Below are positions 23,542 through 39,200 of a stretch of DNA of 64,000 bases, piece after piece (positions within the stretch are counted from its first letter, which is position 1; each line of letters opens with the position of its first letter). The stretch lies in the NCBI GenBank assembly GCA_050084515.1, contig CM114271.1, forward strand, positions 27,156,001 through 27,220,000, given 5' to 3'. The position numbers and the translations under genes are program-made. Origin of the DNA: Blasia pusilla. Its lineage: Eukaryota. Below the pieces are notes generated by a model, which saw only the letters and a list, made by a program, of their open reading frames with translations, was not told the DNA's origin and searched no databases.

Positions 23542-26500
23542 CCTGCTCTACCGCCAACAAGCAGAAACCAAGCAACCAGTGCGCTGCTTGAGCCGCGCTG
23601 CGCTGCTCCAATAAATGGAGGCACTATATTCCCGTCGCCACGACGATCACACCGCTATACGAAAGAAAACGCGGATCACAGCGTTCCTCCCACACGCACG
23701 CACAGACGAAAGCCTCCCACCTCTCACCTCATACGCGCACACAATCGAATCAGAGACGACGGACCCTTCTGAAGTCACGAAGGAAGGAAAGAGAAAGGAA
23801 TGGACAACAGCGCAGTCCGTAGCTCAGAGCACGGGAAGAAGAAAGGGCTATGCTCCCACAGACAGACGAATATTGCGCATGAACTATTGCATCGCCTCTC
23901 ACAGGCGAAGAAACCACACCACCATCTCTCTCGTCTGTCCGCCGGTCCATCCGCCCGTTGCCCTACCGACGGACGGCGCCACTACGGTAATCTCATCACT
24001 AAAACAGGATGGGGCGTGTCAAAGCACACTCAGAAATTGCTGGTTCTAATTTATTCCCATATGCGGTTTAAGAAATGGTTTCAGAGTGTCTCCTTATTTG
24101 CAAATATCTGTATGTTTGACATGTGGATAGAAATTTTTTTCCATATGGATAGAATTTTTTTTAGTTTATGTGTAACATCGTTATTAGACGAGCCATGGAC
24201 GAACTCTATATACCGGTGGTTATGAGTACGAAGTAACTTTCCATGCACGAATAGTATAGAAACCATTTTTTCACCATATTTGAAAATAGATTTTTAATAT
24301 TTGGGGTGTCCTAAAGTTTGGTCGAAAATGAAAGATGCGGTAGAATGATAACATCATGACTGTAAAGGTAAGGGGAAAAGTGGGCAGAAGTTGTGAGAGT
24401 TTAGATAAACATAATTTTTTTTATATAGAGAGTGGAAAAACATTTAAAAGGTGCAACAACTTTTCTTTGACACCAACAAGTACTTCATTTCATGCATGGA
24501 ATTCAACAAGTACTTCATTCCATACGGGGGGACACCCTAGTTGATTAGTAGGAAAACGTTGAAAAGTGGGGCGGAAAAATATCATTACAATGTAGGGAGT
24601 ATTTCTTTCCACATTGAATTTGAAATCTACCAGTAATAAGAGGATAGAGAACGCATCTTCCAAGGCATTAAGGGGCAAAACTCTTATTCCAAAATTACCT
24701 CCAAATTCATATCATTTGTGTTCCATCTCTTTATGAAAAAGCCCAAAAGAAAATTTTCCAATCATCATCGCACACATTTAACACGTATCATCATATACGA
24801 GAGATTATTTAAATCATAAACTAGGGGTTTTTATTGACAATATATTCGTGCAACTACTGTTTTCCCAAGGCAAATAAATTGATTTCCTGAGAAAAATTAT
24901 AACACATGGTAACATGGACGTTGGAAACATTTCTCTTTATTTGGGATTTTTTTAAAAACAATTGAATAGAGTTTTTCTGCCATTTTTTAATCGGGTAAAA
25001 TTCCTTTGTGAAAATTTTGTCATGTTAAATTAAAAACTACTTTTCTTTGCCGATCCACATTTCGTTTTCTTACTATTATAAACCGATGGGAAAACGACAC
25101 GGGAAACATGAAGATCCACACACGGGATCGTCGCCTTATGGACTCCGTCTGAGACGCACTCTTCGCCCTATTATTATGGCTTATCCATCGATCTGAAATC
25201 GTCGGCTGAAAGGCACCTACTTACGGACGAGGAACTGGCATCCGCGGTACGCATACCGGACGGCCGCGGACCCGCACAACGACAAGTGATGGGATAGAAA
25301 CGGAACGAAGCAAGTTTTTCTCGGGCCGCACCGGAACACCGGAACGAGTGCGCCGTTAGGGAGACTTCCGGGATTGCCGTCCGCGTGGTCCAGGGCAGTG
25401 GACGGAACGAAGAACGGAACGAATCGTTAACAGATAGAAGACGAGCTACTGTACGAGCGGAGGATCTAGCAGCACACGACAGCAAACGAGGCAAATTCCT
25501 ATAATGTAGGGTAGACAGCAATGTAAGCGCAGGCTTGCCCTAGACTTCACCTTACCGGTATATGCATGGATCCTCTGTCGGAAATCCATGTAAGCGATCT
25601 ATCTTCTATAGCATGAGAGGAGAGGTATTTTGTAGTTTAATTGTTTTATAGAATTATAAAAAGATAGAGAAGTTAGATTCACGGACTCTTGCACTTAACT
25701 CTGCAAGTCACACTTACCTTAACACTAAACACTTACGGACAAGAATAAAAATTTTAGTGTGGGGAAATAATACTGGGGAGAGGATGGGGTTATAAAAGGA
25801 AAGAAGATGAACCTCATTAAATATGCATGAAAGTTATAAGGGGAGCGGTTCTTTTGAGTGATGGGAGAGTTTAGGTCTTCTTTCACTAAATCCAAAACTA
25901 CTGACTTTTGTGAAGTTCAATTACTATATTAGGAAGAAGCAGGGGCTTCGGTTCATCTTCATTATTTTGAGACTCGGGGGTGATTGAGGAGAATAAAACA
26001 CCCGACATGTGCAGGTCCTTCACTTGAATACAGTAGCAAAGCGCATCCATGAGGAAATATTCAGCAAAGAGAGCAATGGACTTGGTCGTATAACGCACAA
26101 ACGCTTCTGCCGGTCTCTAATGTCATACCAAAGTGAATATTTTCATGCTGCAGGACTATATCTATGGGTTATTCCCAGTCTCACAAAAGCATTATCTAAC
26201 ATGAAGGGTTCTAACATCAACACAATTGTAAGTACCCACACACGGGTGACTACCCGTACCACAAACAAACACTTGAAACAAATCACATTGGTTAGGAACC
26301 AACATTTTCCCCCACCCCTGTTCAAACTCCACTTGAAATGTCATAAAAAACTCATGCTATATATTGTGAAAAGCTTTAAAAACTATCATGTTCTATTGGC
26401 ATCCATATTCAATGCAATTTGCTCGTGATGGACTGAAACCGTCAGGCAATTACTCCCAAAAGTGATTACTTGGACGAGTTGGATCAACATCTCTCTTCTT

Positions 26501-27218
26501 CACATGAGTAACCCGTCTGAAGGGTCCAATGCATTCCTGGTTTTGACAATGAAAGCTCAAATTGAAAGCAGAACTAGAAACTGAATAACCCACATGCTCA
26601 ACACTTGCGACCACGGAGAACAAGGTTAGAATGTTCTCACATATGGGGTTCTAGAGTTTGGGAATCTTGCCCTTATTACAAAACAATTACCACCCCAACT
26701 ATGAGCTCTACCCTTGCTCCCTCTCTGCTCCCTCCTTGCTCTATCTGACACGTAACCTAAACTTATACACAGTATAATGTTAAATTCCCTACAACTTCAG
26801 ATCATGCTCTGCTACTCCACTCCCCCACTACCTCATACTTTAAATCAGGCGGGCACACTAGTTTCAGTTTAAATAATAGACCATTGATAGCTAGCACAAG
26901 GATCATATCCAGAAACCAAAACTCAATGTCTTCTTGACTGCAGATTCTCCTCATGCAATTCAATTTTCATCACTGTGCATGATATAAACCTATCGGGCTA
27001 AAACGAGATACTGTAACTGTTAGCTCACGAAGCATCACCAGAAGGTCTCTTAGTCTGACCATCACTGATTCCATTTCATTCTTCGCAGGGTTACCCATCT
27101 ACAACAATTGTCCCTCCAAATGTTTCTCTTTCTGTAAATGGCCATTTCTGGAACTGAGTTCTTCAAAAAAGGTAAATGAAACTAGTTGTTTTCCTTGCAG
27201 TAATTAGGAGTAGCCATC

Positions 27219-30200
27219 TTAGCGAGGGTTCAACAGATCATCAACAAGGGCCTTGTAACTGACCTTTTTCTTGGCGTTTGGAGAGTTGGCAACTTGACTC
27301 CCACTAGGGCCATTTTTTGTTGTTTCTATGCTAGAAGAATACAACCCTCCAGAGTGACCGTCCATTTGAGACAAACTTCGTGTGGAAATTTCTGAGTCAT
27401 TACAATAACTCAATCTGGGAGCTTGTAGGCTGAAGTTTAAGCTTGGCACCAGGTCACCTAGCAGATCATCGAGGCAATTATCCATGGCATTTCCAGTACT
27501 CTGTGGCATTTCATGGTCACTTGAAATGCTCCGTCTATTGGATATTTGGCAGATGTCTTCTGATTCCCTGGGTTTATATCTCCTCTCTGCCTCCGGAGCT
27601 CGATCTACTCTTGAACGGACAGATATCTCTTCTTCTCTCTGGGTACCAGTCAACCTGCGTTTCCCAATTGTATTTCTCCTCTGGTGAGATTCTTCTTGGT
27701 GATGACCATCTTCATTCCCTCGTTTCTTCCTGGACTTCAGAATTCTTGGCACTGTTACCATTCGGTTGGTCTGAGCTTCAGAAACTTTCTCTGGAACTGC
27801 AGTGCCCTCCTTTGTAGCCGCAATTTTCTCCTCCTCGTTTTTGACACCTCCTTCCTCAGTTTCCGCCATATCCAGCTGCTGCTCAACATATTGGAAGGAT
27901 CTATCCCTGTCAAGTTCAAACTAACCACTTAATTGTTAGAGATGACATAGGTTTTGTGCACATAGAACACCTAAACCTGTATCATGCATGACGAGATGCC
28001 TTGTCTTCCCATCTCCCACAAAAGTTGAGTTCAACTTTACAGTAAGAAAACTTTATCGTGAGTGATAAGGTGCGGGGGTAAACCAACCTGAGATCGTAGC
28101 CGTTGTCGGGAGGATGGTCACAGGTTCCTACCTCATGACCATCTATCCAGTAATGACTTAAAATCTTTAAATTGTCTGACATCAAAAACTTCCTGTCTTC
28201 ATGAGAAACACTGGCAGAATAATCAAAATTTCATGTCAGAAGAAAAACTGAAACTCCACATAAGAGAGCAGCTTAGCAACTAGACATGGCACAGATATTG
28301 TTCTTTTGACTTCATCTTGACATCTGTCTACATATGAGTGTGCCTGATGCTTTCTATGCATGATGAGGGATATAGGTATGAATAAAAAAGGGAACTCAAC
28401 ACGATGAAGAAAATCTTAGACAAGACCACCAGACTGTTAAGAATATCACTACTTGGACAATCTCTTGCACTCCTTTAGAGAACCAGTCAAAGAGTCTTGC
28501 TTTCACCTTTTAAATATACTCTTGAAAGGCAAGGACTGTCCAGGAGATACATAAATAATCATGTGCGTCACATCACTGCATAATCTCTGACTAATAGTCC
28601 CTCCATGCATGCTGACTTCCAGTTCCTGTCTTCGGAGAGTTGTCTCTGCGACCACTTGTGAATCACCATTTCTGCACATTGTCCACATTTTCAATCAATC
28701 AATCAAATGGTACTCTCAACACTCAGATCACAAAATAGCTATGACCACTGCACAGACATGATCATAAAGGGATAATGTTGAAAAAAGTAAAGGGATAATG
28801 TACATTAGTCACACCCTGACCTTGATCAGCTACACACTGATTTAGATCATCAACTTAGGGTTAGGACTGGTTAAGGGGATCTGAGGGTAACAAATAACCT
28901 CCCTCGTGTATATTAAACCTCAAGATTCTTTGGTGCTCTTGATGTGCTCTGCAGCACTGGCCCTGCTGTAGACTGATTTGAGAGGAGAGTGTGACATAGC
29001 TTCAAGCATGGAAAGCCTCACTGGAAGGTAGGTAGTTTTGTCCAGCTAGATGGTGGACAATGATTGTGCATGAGTGACAGGGAGTTATGTATTATCTCTG
29101 AAACTCTAGATGAGTGAGGGCCTCCGTAGTGAGATTTGGGGTGGTTCCATCTATACAAAGGAGGCGTGCTGTAAACTGATTTGCTGATTGTGCACTATGT
29201 TGCTACGTCTAATATTGCACCAGAAGCTAGGTCTACTGATCCAAATTCTACACATATACCATCATTAAGTAGGAGTTTGACCCATTGATGGCGGTATAGT
29301 AGTTGCTTTGGCACAAAAAATTCTTCTGTTGACATTGTCAGTTTTCTGCCAAGTCCATGTGGGCAGAACCTTCCTACATGTCAACACAGTAAAGGCAAAG
29401 AGTTCCTCATTGCTGGATTTTTCTTTTCTCATACTTCCATAATTTGAAACAATTCCTTCGTGGCATTAAGACCCAATATATTTACCACGTTCCTCACCTA
29501 TCATACATTACTAATGCTCGTCAGCAATATCTAAGATAGTCGTGCTTTCTTTCATGCACGGCGAAGGTAAGAGATTACTCTACCTTGAATGGATAGGCTT
29601 GTGAAAGAAGAAGTGGCAGTTGGCAAACTGACCAAAAGTTGAAGTTGGACAGTACTTCTTCTTGTAGTGTAGAAGTTCGTCCATGTCTTTCGCAAGTTTT
29701 GCAGGGTCAATACTCTCAAAAATCTGCACCGAGACAAAAATTTGGATTCTTAGGTTATGCAGACAATGAATGCAGCAATGGCTGCATAGAATAACAGAAA
29801 TCCAATGTGATGTATGACTGAAGTAGGTGAGAACTGTAGGCCATTTTCCTTTTATCTGTATCTCTAATCTAATTTGCCTACTTCAAGACTCACCCACCCT
29901 GAGAATATGATTGACCAGCAGAAGTATCTCCTTGTACAAAGTCAGAGCTAGCATCAGCTAGACCATCCATGATTTCAGCTTGTACACAATCAGCAAATCA
30001 GTCCCTATCTCTATTGCCAAATCAGAGCCCTACCATGATGTGACTCTTCTTACTATCTAAGAGATACTAAGAGGGATTCTACTCAGCCACACCTTGCACT
30101 CACACTACAGGTCCTCACATGTCACCAGCTCAGAGATCAGACATGGCTCACCATTGAGCACAAACAATCTCCATCAGCATACTAGACAAAACAACCTGCC

Positions 30201-33200
30201 TTCCAGTGAGGCTCTAGCAAGCACAGCAATTAGTCTCAATCTCCTCTTCCTACTCTCTGATCACTCTGCAGCAGGACCAAGAGCCTCAGGAGTCCTCACC
30301 AAAACTGTGCATGCTGTAGAATTGGCTTCTGCTCTCTAAACAGAGACATTATATACATCAGGGTGAGCACTTCTGGCCCTTAGATCTTCTTGAACAGATC
30401 CATACCCTAAATAACAGATGGTGGCTAACCCTAACTCGAGAATTGCCCTAATTCAAGGTTACCCTAAAAGATAGAGGAACACTAAGTTATCTCTAGCTAA
30501 CTAAATTAGTATCCAACTAAGTTAGTATTTGACTAACTATTTTTAGAGCATAACTAAACTAGATATTAACAAATTTCAACACACCCCAGGAAAGAAATAT
30601 CCCTTCAGGTCATTAAGCAACGGACTTCAAGTAAAGACACAATTAGATTCACCTAGTTCCTAAATAACTCGATTATAGCAAGGGCATCAAGATGGGCAGT
30701 TCTATAGCAGGGAAAGTTAATACGGGAACTGCCCATGCTCTGAGAAGTTATTCAAATTACCTGTGACAGATCATTGGTGTCGATATCCACAAAGTAGTAA
30801 TCACCATACTCATCAATATCCGCCTTCCTCTTCTCCTTTGTTTGAGCAGAAAGGTGAAGAAAATACCTGAGATTTCAATAGAAAAAAAATCTTTGCATCA
30901 TCAGTTCTCCACAACCAACCATCCTTTTGGACATCACCATAAGACAAATAGCTGTAAATAACATGCTTGGTACATTTACAATTCTCACCCCCTGGTGAGA
31001 ATTGTAAATGTCTCAAATCATTCCACACGACTGGCGTACTTTGGTCTCACGGGCAGCAAACTCTTTTCGGTGCAGCAATCGATTATCCATGAGTAGTGAA
31101 TAACATCTCCATTTGTTGCTGCTGCCAGATACTTGATTCCTGCAATTTGAGCCTAAACACTGGTTATTATCAAGCCATGCAGTAATGTATATTGTCATAC
31201 TCCTGGTCAAGGGAGCAACGTCTCCTCACTGCCTCACCCCAAACAAGGCAAGTCCTTTAAAAATGCAAAAATAGTTGTCATCTAAGTAGGATCATGTTAA
31301 TCAACTTCCTCACCTAATATCCTTAACCAAGACAGATTGCTTTGGAAAGAGACCGGATGCTTACTTTCTTCACATTATGTCCTATTGCAATAAAAGAATG
31401 AGAACTAAGAACTGAGAATCACACATACAACCTTTTTTCTCAAATGCTACAGCATGTGTAACATCAGAATTTAGATTCATCGAGAACAGACCACCGTTTT
31501 CCACAATTAGCTTGTGGAGATTCTCCTTTGAATAGTCCTCTGAAAAATTTACAAAATCTGATAATCATAATACATATTAAGGAATTTGTGGTTCAGAAAG
31601 CCTCTTCTATCCTTCCAGACGTAACAAGACAAGTTCACTGGGAAAACGGATTGATGATGATATTGTTTCAATATGTACACTACAAAAGTAAGTGCTTTTT
31701 AGAATAGCAGGATTCTAAAACCTCTTTCCAAAAAAAGGTGATCGTTCAAAGTTTATAGAGTGGATACAAAAGATTAATCCCGTGAATATCTGTGTCTCAC
31801 ATTTCACGTGGGAAACATCAGTAACACGCATGTGGGATGGCACAAGAGGTAGAAAGCGGACTGTACACTTTTTTTGCCTCCTATTTTTGTTTTCTTTCTT
31901 TCCAGAAAGATTAAGCTGCTTGAGATCCGATGTACTTCCAGCCTTAGAGTTGACCATTTCCACCAAAGCTGCACAATAACAGCAACAATGATAACTTTCA
32001 TATCAGAGATGTTAATAACAGAACTTCCTTTGAGTGAAAACAAAAATCCAAATGGATTCTGGATAGAAAGACACTCACGATGAACAAATGATAGTCTCAT
32101 TTTGGGTGGTCAAAGAACCTGGATTCCTATCTTAAGACGACTAGAAGAAATTTGAATTTTTCTTCTATTATTAGGCTTCTCAAAGAGGGAAAGGAGAGTG
32201 TTCTTATTTATACAACCAAAAATAATTTTTCTTTCTCCCTCTTCATCTTTGATTGGAGAAAATAGCTTCCATATGAAGGGGAAGAATGATATTGTACTTG
32301 CCAAAAAAACTTCAGCTTTCAAGTTCTGGTTCCGCTTTTATGTTGAGAGCCATCTGTATCTTTACTTCTTAAAATTCTCTTATTACTCTACCCCAACCGA
32401 AGAGAACGTTCCATTATTCCTTACCACTACAGCCAAAAGCATACACATAACATGACCAACTTGTCCAGATAGAAACAGATGGCATTCAGGAAAAATGGAA
32501 TAACTAATGGATGCTGTACTGCCAGATAAATTCATCTGTCTCTCAGCGCTCACAACATATCCTTGGAAAGCTCATGTTAAGATCTAGGAGAGCAAATGCT
32601 GTCACACACATGCCAGAATAGAGCTCATATGATGCTAGATACCTTACCCTGCACATTGAGACAGTCATACCAGGGCTTATCATAACGTACTTTGTGGACA
32701 CGAGGGAATCGCAGACCATAGGGTGCTGCAAAGACCTGCAAGACCAAAGAACCCCAAATCTTTAGAAAATACTCTGTCTGGAGATTTGATGCAGGGGTGT
32801 TGCTCCATGACCAGAGGACGAATCTTAACTACAAATACTTGAGTAAATTGAGAGCAAATAACAAAAACAATCTTCTGGATTTTTTTTATGCTAACAGAAA
32901 CTGATTAAACTCTTTCTTCCTGTAAACAACATTCATGAGACAAAACTTTGACAATACTCACCTCAGTCTTGATTGTTCGGATATCACTTGTGATTTCCAG
33001 AATCACAGACCTATGAAAGATTAAAACGTAGTTAGTTTGAGGGTTTCCCATGTAGCTTGTAACACTCTCTCAGGGCTCTTGTACTGTGAAGCTAAATTAA
33101 TGAGTAACCCCTTAAGTGCTATCTTTTGTTTGCTTAAGAAGTAGAATATTAGATCTTAAGAGAAGCAAGAGGTCCATGTTTCTCTGAATTTGCTTGAGAT

Positions 33201-36200
33201 GTTCAACGTGCTTCAACGTGACAGTTACACATACTTATCTGGCTGGTCAATCCAGACATCTGGACGTTCCTTTGAATGGTTTGTAACTGTATAATGGCTT
33301 GGTGGTTTGCTGTTCTTCTCATAGCGCCTGGTAAAAGATATGTCACGTGATAAACCATTAAATGATGGTAGCATCATCTTTTCTGTATATGCATTAGCAA
33401 CACAATGATTTCCAAGATAAAAATTAATGATCATCATCTTCCCACATGGTTGGTGGTCATTCATCTGTTGGCATTCATTATGTTTTCTCTATCCCTGCAT
33501 ACTGATTAGCTAATCGGGAGAAGATGAGTGAGAGAAAATCCACAGAATTGGACAAACATTGCTAAAAGACCTTCCAAGAAATTACACTGAGAGATTTAAA
33601 TACTACCTGAAATATGGTTTCAGCTTCTGAACAAGATGATCGCACTCCTCATCCGATAAACCAGATCCGACCTTGCAAAATGAGAGAAACCTGCAGACGA
33701 ACATGCACATTTATATTGACATTCATGTTGATAAAGAAACCTCAGAGGAGGCTGACTAGGATTATCGCACTTTATGGTGTCCATGATATCAATGACAGCA
33801 AATATGAATCACCGTAAAATTTTGTCATATTCCCTGTCCTTACTCACCTTGTGGGGTATTGACCTGCTTTTGGCGGTTCAGCAATTCCAAGTAAAAACTG
33901 TGCCACCTGACCACCCCAATACAACAACAAAAGAACTCAAGGAACTCAAGATTTCCACAAAAAGACTAAATCTGCAGCATATAGACTTACCATTGAACAA
34001 AGCCCTTCAGCAACAAACACTAAGTCTGTATAATCTCTTAGAAGAGTACACATCAACCTTATACATCATTTACCTGACCTCCGCGTCGCCCTGACCCAAA
34101 ATAACCACCTGTACAGCATGATTATGAACACAGGTGAGGATTTCAAAGTAAAAGAAGATTAATTCCAAATACGAGTTCTCCTCTGTGGCGTCAAGTCTTT
34201 TAATCTACAAACATTGGCTTGAATAATTTCATAGTCAAGGTCAAGAACTCCGAAGGGTGGAGTTCAGACTATTTACCATGTGAAATCCCTTCATAGGGTA
34301 AACCCAACCTCCATCCAGCCAACTTGTATCAAAATTCCATGTCTCAACTTGAAAATTCATCCTAGAACCACAAGCCTTTTCAGGGTTGTCTGAAGAGTCA
34401 GCATTCTAGCAGGCTTTTAAGCTTTTTAGGCAGTGTATGAGAAATAATTTACACAATCAAACCACTTGCCAGAGAAGAAGACTTATCATCACTGAAAAGG
34501 TCATTGGGCTCGTCTATCAAGCTCTTTCCTTAACACATTGCTTTGTCTGTCTTCTCAGGACTACATTACATCTCCACCAAAGTAAATATCGATCCATTAC
34601 AATAATGTGGAATGATTATGGAGATGGATAAAATACATTGACTAGTTTGTGTTAAACCTGGACATTAAGTTGTAGAGTCTTTAAAAATTACATTCTCAGG
34701 TGATGGGGTCCTGTGACAGCTATCACTTGCTGGATTGGGAAATATCCTGCACTTTTGCAAGTTACTAAGCAAATGATTTTTAGCAGGCATATTACTAACA
34801 TTGTCTTCAGCTTTTCTCTCGTCTAGCACTTGGCCAATGGCATTGCTAAGTGACTGGATTCAGGAGGTCGGATATCCACTGGACACTCTGAAGCCAACCA
34901 AGAAACCTCAACGTCAGTACTAGATTACCTCATTGGAGAAGTACACCAGCTCACAAATCTGTCACACCCATCTGATCATGAACCAATCTACTTTGACATC
35001 TGCGTCTCCAAAACCATTCCCCTGGAAGAGTGTAAGGTAATCCCATAGGTGAAATGTCAGTTCACTTTCCTTCAGGAAAAGAAAGAGCAACTAATCGATC
35101 ACTAGTGAAACAGAGCAATTGTGATCAGTTGCACTATTACTAGAATCTCCGATACTGCAGTTCCCCGAGGATTCCCACCAGAATGGCAAATGAATACTAT
35201 ACACCCACTCTTCATGGATGGAGATCCAATGTTACCCTCCGACTACAGAACTATCATGAAGAGTTCCTTCATGGCCAAACTCTCGAATCTACTGTTGGAA
35301 AGGAAACTAAGCGACTGGGCAGATGATATGAATGTCCGAGTCAGAGGACAAACTAGTTTCAGAAGATCACATAGCACCCTTGATCACCTTCTCACACTCA
35401 GGGTACTGATTGAAGAAACCTCCAAGACCAGAACTGGTCACAAACCCTGAAAACTATTCTGCTCCTTTTGTTGACTTCAAGAGGGCTGACACAGTACCAA
35501 GGTCACTTTTATGGAAAAGTCTTGAAAAGTTGGGGTTTCTTTCACACCAACTTACTGCAATCAAAGTCTTGTATGCTAAGGTGTTGGCAAAGATCATCAC
35601 GATGAGGGGTAGATCTGCTACATTGTCTTCCAACACCCGAGTCAAACAAGGCTGCTCCATGTCACCTACATTGCTTGGGCTCCACATTGATGAACTGGAG
35701 GAGGTACTCTATAAGGTAAATGGCAATCCACCTGAACTAGCACGTTGCTTTATACCACTGCTGCTGTAAACGGATGACATTGTTCTGATCTCTAGGACAG
35801 CAAAGGGACTCCAGCTCTATCTGAATGGAATCTCAAGCTTCTGCAACAAATCAAGAGTGGAAGTCAATCTGTTCAAAACCAAGATAATCATATTTGGATC
35901 TCAACTCCCAACTGCACAGAAGTTACACACCTTCACCTTCAGGCAGGGACTGAAAAAGGAGGCTATAGAGATTGTTGGCAGCTCAAACACAATAACCAAT
36001 GAAGAACTAATGGCAGCCACATCAAAATTAATGCAGGGCTGAGATGTCTACACATGCAGGAGTCAAATTAGAAAAGGAGTGTACAGTGGCATTTACTACA
36101 AATACTTCATCTTTTCAAAGCCATGGACATCCCGGCCATGCTTTATTCCTCTGAAGTTTGGGGCCCCAATGAATGGCCAAAGGGACTAGAGCTCCCTCAA

Positions 36201-39200
36201 AAGCTAATCATGGGACAGAGCTTGGGCATTAGGAGGACAACTTCCTCTGACTTGCTCCTGGCCAAGTTTGGTGAGGTGCCAATAGAGATTCATACTGTAA
36301 AGAATCTGAACACATTCCTTCAACACCTTCAAGATATCAGTGAAGAGGACCCAAATCGACTTTCTTCAACGGCTTTTAAAGCTTCTAGGAATAGTCCTGC
36401 TGCCGGGGCAAAGAACTGGTACTATGACTGAGCGAATGGCTCCAAAAATGGGGCATTTCAATCCACAACCTACTAACAAGCACTAAACAGGATCTGTGGG
36501 AGCAATACACAGCAATTATATCTCTATCAATTGGGGTTGGCACCAGAAGCTGTGGGAAAACAGAGGCAATAAATCTCCAAAGAATGGTAACAGGATGAGA
36601 TGCTTCCATACTTTCATGAATACTAGGAGATCCAGGAAGCAGACCTCTTGCATCTCTGCCTCCATTCCCACCAAGTTCCATCACACACTAGCTAGATTCA
36701 CATGCAGTTCAAGTGACCTCGAGATTGAAGAAGGGAAATTCTCATAGAAGAAAAGAGAGAATAGATTGTGTAGGCATTGCGTTTCCAGGTTCATTGACGA
36801 TGAACAACATTATCTCTTCCACTGCAGTTTCCGGGATCATGTAAGTGATGAATTTCCTGATCTCTTCTGAGACCCTGCCTTCGAGGCCGAGTTCATGGCT
36901 AGACAGAACCAGGTTCAGATTGCTAAATTGTTGCATAGGTGCGTGAAAACTAGAGAGCATCACCTTGCACAAAGATCTCTTAGGCCCTCACTGGTGATGC
37001 CTTTTCTCTTCTTTATTGTCAACTACTGTAAAACTTGCAAAATTAAGTCCCATAGCACTCTTCAGTTCCTGTGGACAAAAAATCTATCCACTCTTTCATT
37101 CCCTTGACCAAAAAATAGCTTCATACTCTAAAGAGCCAGAGACTTGCCCACTAGACAAATCTACGTTCTTGTAAACCATGCAAACATATTGAAAGGTGAG
37201 GGGGAGATACATACCAATGATCAGGACATCAAGATCCGAACCAGTGTGGACATAATCAGGCTTAAGCTTCAGCCACTTCCCGCTGCGATCAGTGGGCTCC
37301 CATTTAGAGTCCAGATCCTTCAAAATAATCCCCTCATCCCTGTAAGAAAGCAACAGTCCTTTGAGAAGACATCAAGTTCTTCAACCATCAATGAGGAAAG
37401 CACCTGAAAACTTTGTACACTTGCTATGATGTGGATAGCCCACAACCCAGCTTGCCTGGATACTAGCAAAACCAATCCTGGCTCTAGCATGAAGTAACTG
37501 AGGTATCACCAAGCTAAGGGGGTGGACAAATCAGATCTTACCTGTTCTCCACAGTTGCCTGGAAAAAACGATCCACTTCCTCAGCACTACTTGCCACAAA
37601 GGACCACTTTGGTTGCCCTGGCAAAAGCATCTAGAATCCTTGAGAACTCAGAATCACAGCAAATTCAACTTTAAACTGAATGATCAATTTTATAGTGGAA
37701 GCCATGTGAGAATATCATCCCTAAAGCCTAAGGCATGACCAATCTTAACAAATTTAGATATCCTTAAAGCACGATGTAAAGGAAGGTCCTACATGATTGC
37801 CATCAACATCTCTGAACTTACCCCTATAAAGCATGAACTTCCAAACAACTGTGAGCAGATCGTTTATTATCCAAGAACGCAACCTCACCTGTGGTGGGCT
37901 GAGAATTCACACCGTCCCTTGGTAGAAGAAGTTCTAAACGACCTTTCACCGGTTGTACAGCCTTGTACAAAAGCTCTTGCCGCTCTCGGAGAGGGAGATG
38001 AATCACACTACTATGTTCATTATATAGGATATCAAATGCCACATCTTCATCAGATAGTTAAGGTGACCAAATTTGTGCTGTCAAAACTTCATATGACCAC
38101 AATCATTCCTGCCAAGCCTTACATTGGAAAACAAAAAGCTTAACCTCCCATTCAGACATCAACAGTAGACTTCCAACTCTGTGACTAAAATTACAAAACA
38201 GCTTCAACTTTTGATCATTAGAAAACGCTGTCTCTTAACTGAAACCTAGAAGGAATTCAATAAATGTGAAAACTTACCCAAGTACAACTTTTCCAATAAT
38301 GATGGATGAATGAATAATATTAAATCCACCTACACCCTAAAGGATCAAATGCAAAAGTTTGCAGAGAATGACCATGCCATAACGGTAACCCAATTTGAGG
38401 TGGATACAGCAGAGCTGTGATACAAAAGCAACAACAATCTAGATGAGTTGAAAAACAAAATCAGGAATCAAGTATGAGGATGCTCTTTCATAACCATTTG
38501 GTTAGCTCTAGTCAAGACCTCTGACATGTCGGAGATCAAAGGCACATTTTCTAGCTGACTGCAATCAAAAAATCAACTAGATGCCCACATGTATCTGGTA
38601 GAAGCATCCTTTCACAATCATGCATTAAACAAGATGGACATCGAAGAGAAATGCACCTGCTGATTTGTTTCAAGACCATCTTTTGCCGCCTTCGCTGCAA
38701 AACACACGCCAAATGGTCACATCTGATAGAACAGGCCGGTGCACTACTAGTTTGTTTTATCAAAGTTAGAGAAGCAAAACGTTTCGGGAATAATAGATAC
38801 TGTACCTGCTTCACGATTGGTGCCAAAATCTGCAAAGCGCTTGGTCGTTTTATCCCACACCAACATTTCTCCATCCAGTATGCATCTGATTGATTGATAC
38901 AGCTTCAGTCACCAAAAACTTGAATGGAGAGCAGAAATCAAGCAGAGCTTTAGCAACACCCACATAGCTTTGGGTGCCACCAAAGATCAGGCAGTACGGT
39001 GGTAAATGGAAATTTTAGCATTCTACCTCCTACATTATAGTTTCAGGTTTGTGTCCATCACTTTGTGATAAAAGCAGTGCTCAGTCACTAGAACTTTAAA
39101 TCGCATACTTGTCTGGATGAACAGTCTCCACCACCAATTCAGCAATTCCGTCTTTGAATTCTTGGTGGTCAATGAAATTTCTGCAGGGAGAAGGGTACAA

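Noticed and set aside
25100-25560. GC-rich patch with CGGAAC repeats and a 115-aa minus ORF
   Set aside because: No domain, termini or TSD identified; possibly a TE remnant.
28776-29220. LTR-like sequence in LIG4 intron
   Set aside because: Starts TGTTG but no matching end or TSD could be found.
38806-38886. Apparent frameshift in a LIG4 exon suggested by the ORF track
   Set aside because: Reading the correct frame gives intact CILDGEMLVWDKTTKRFADFGTNREA.
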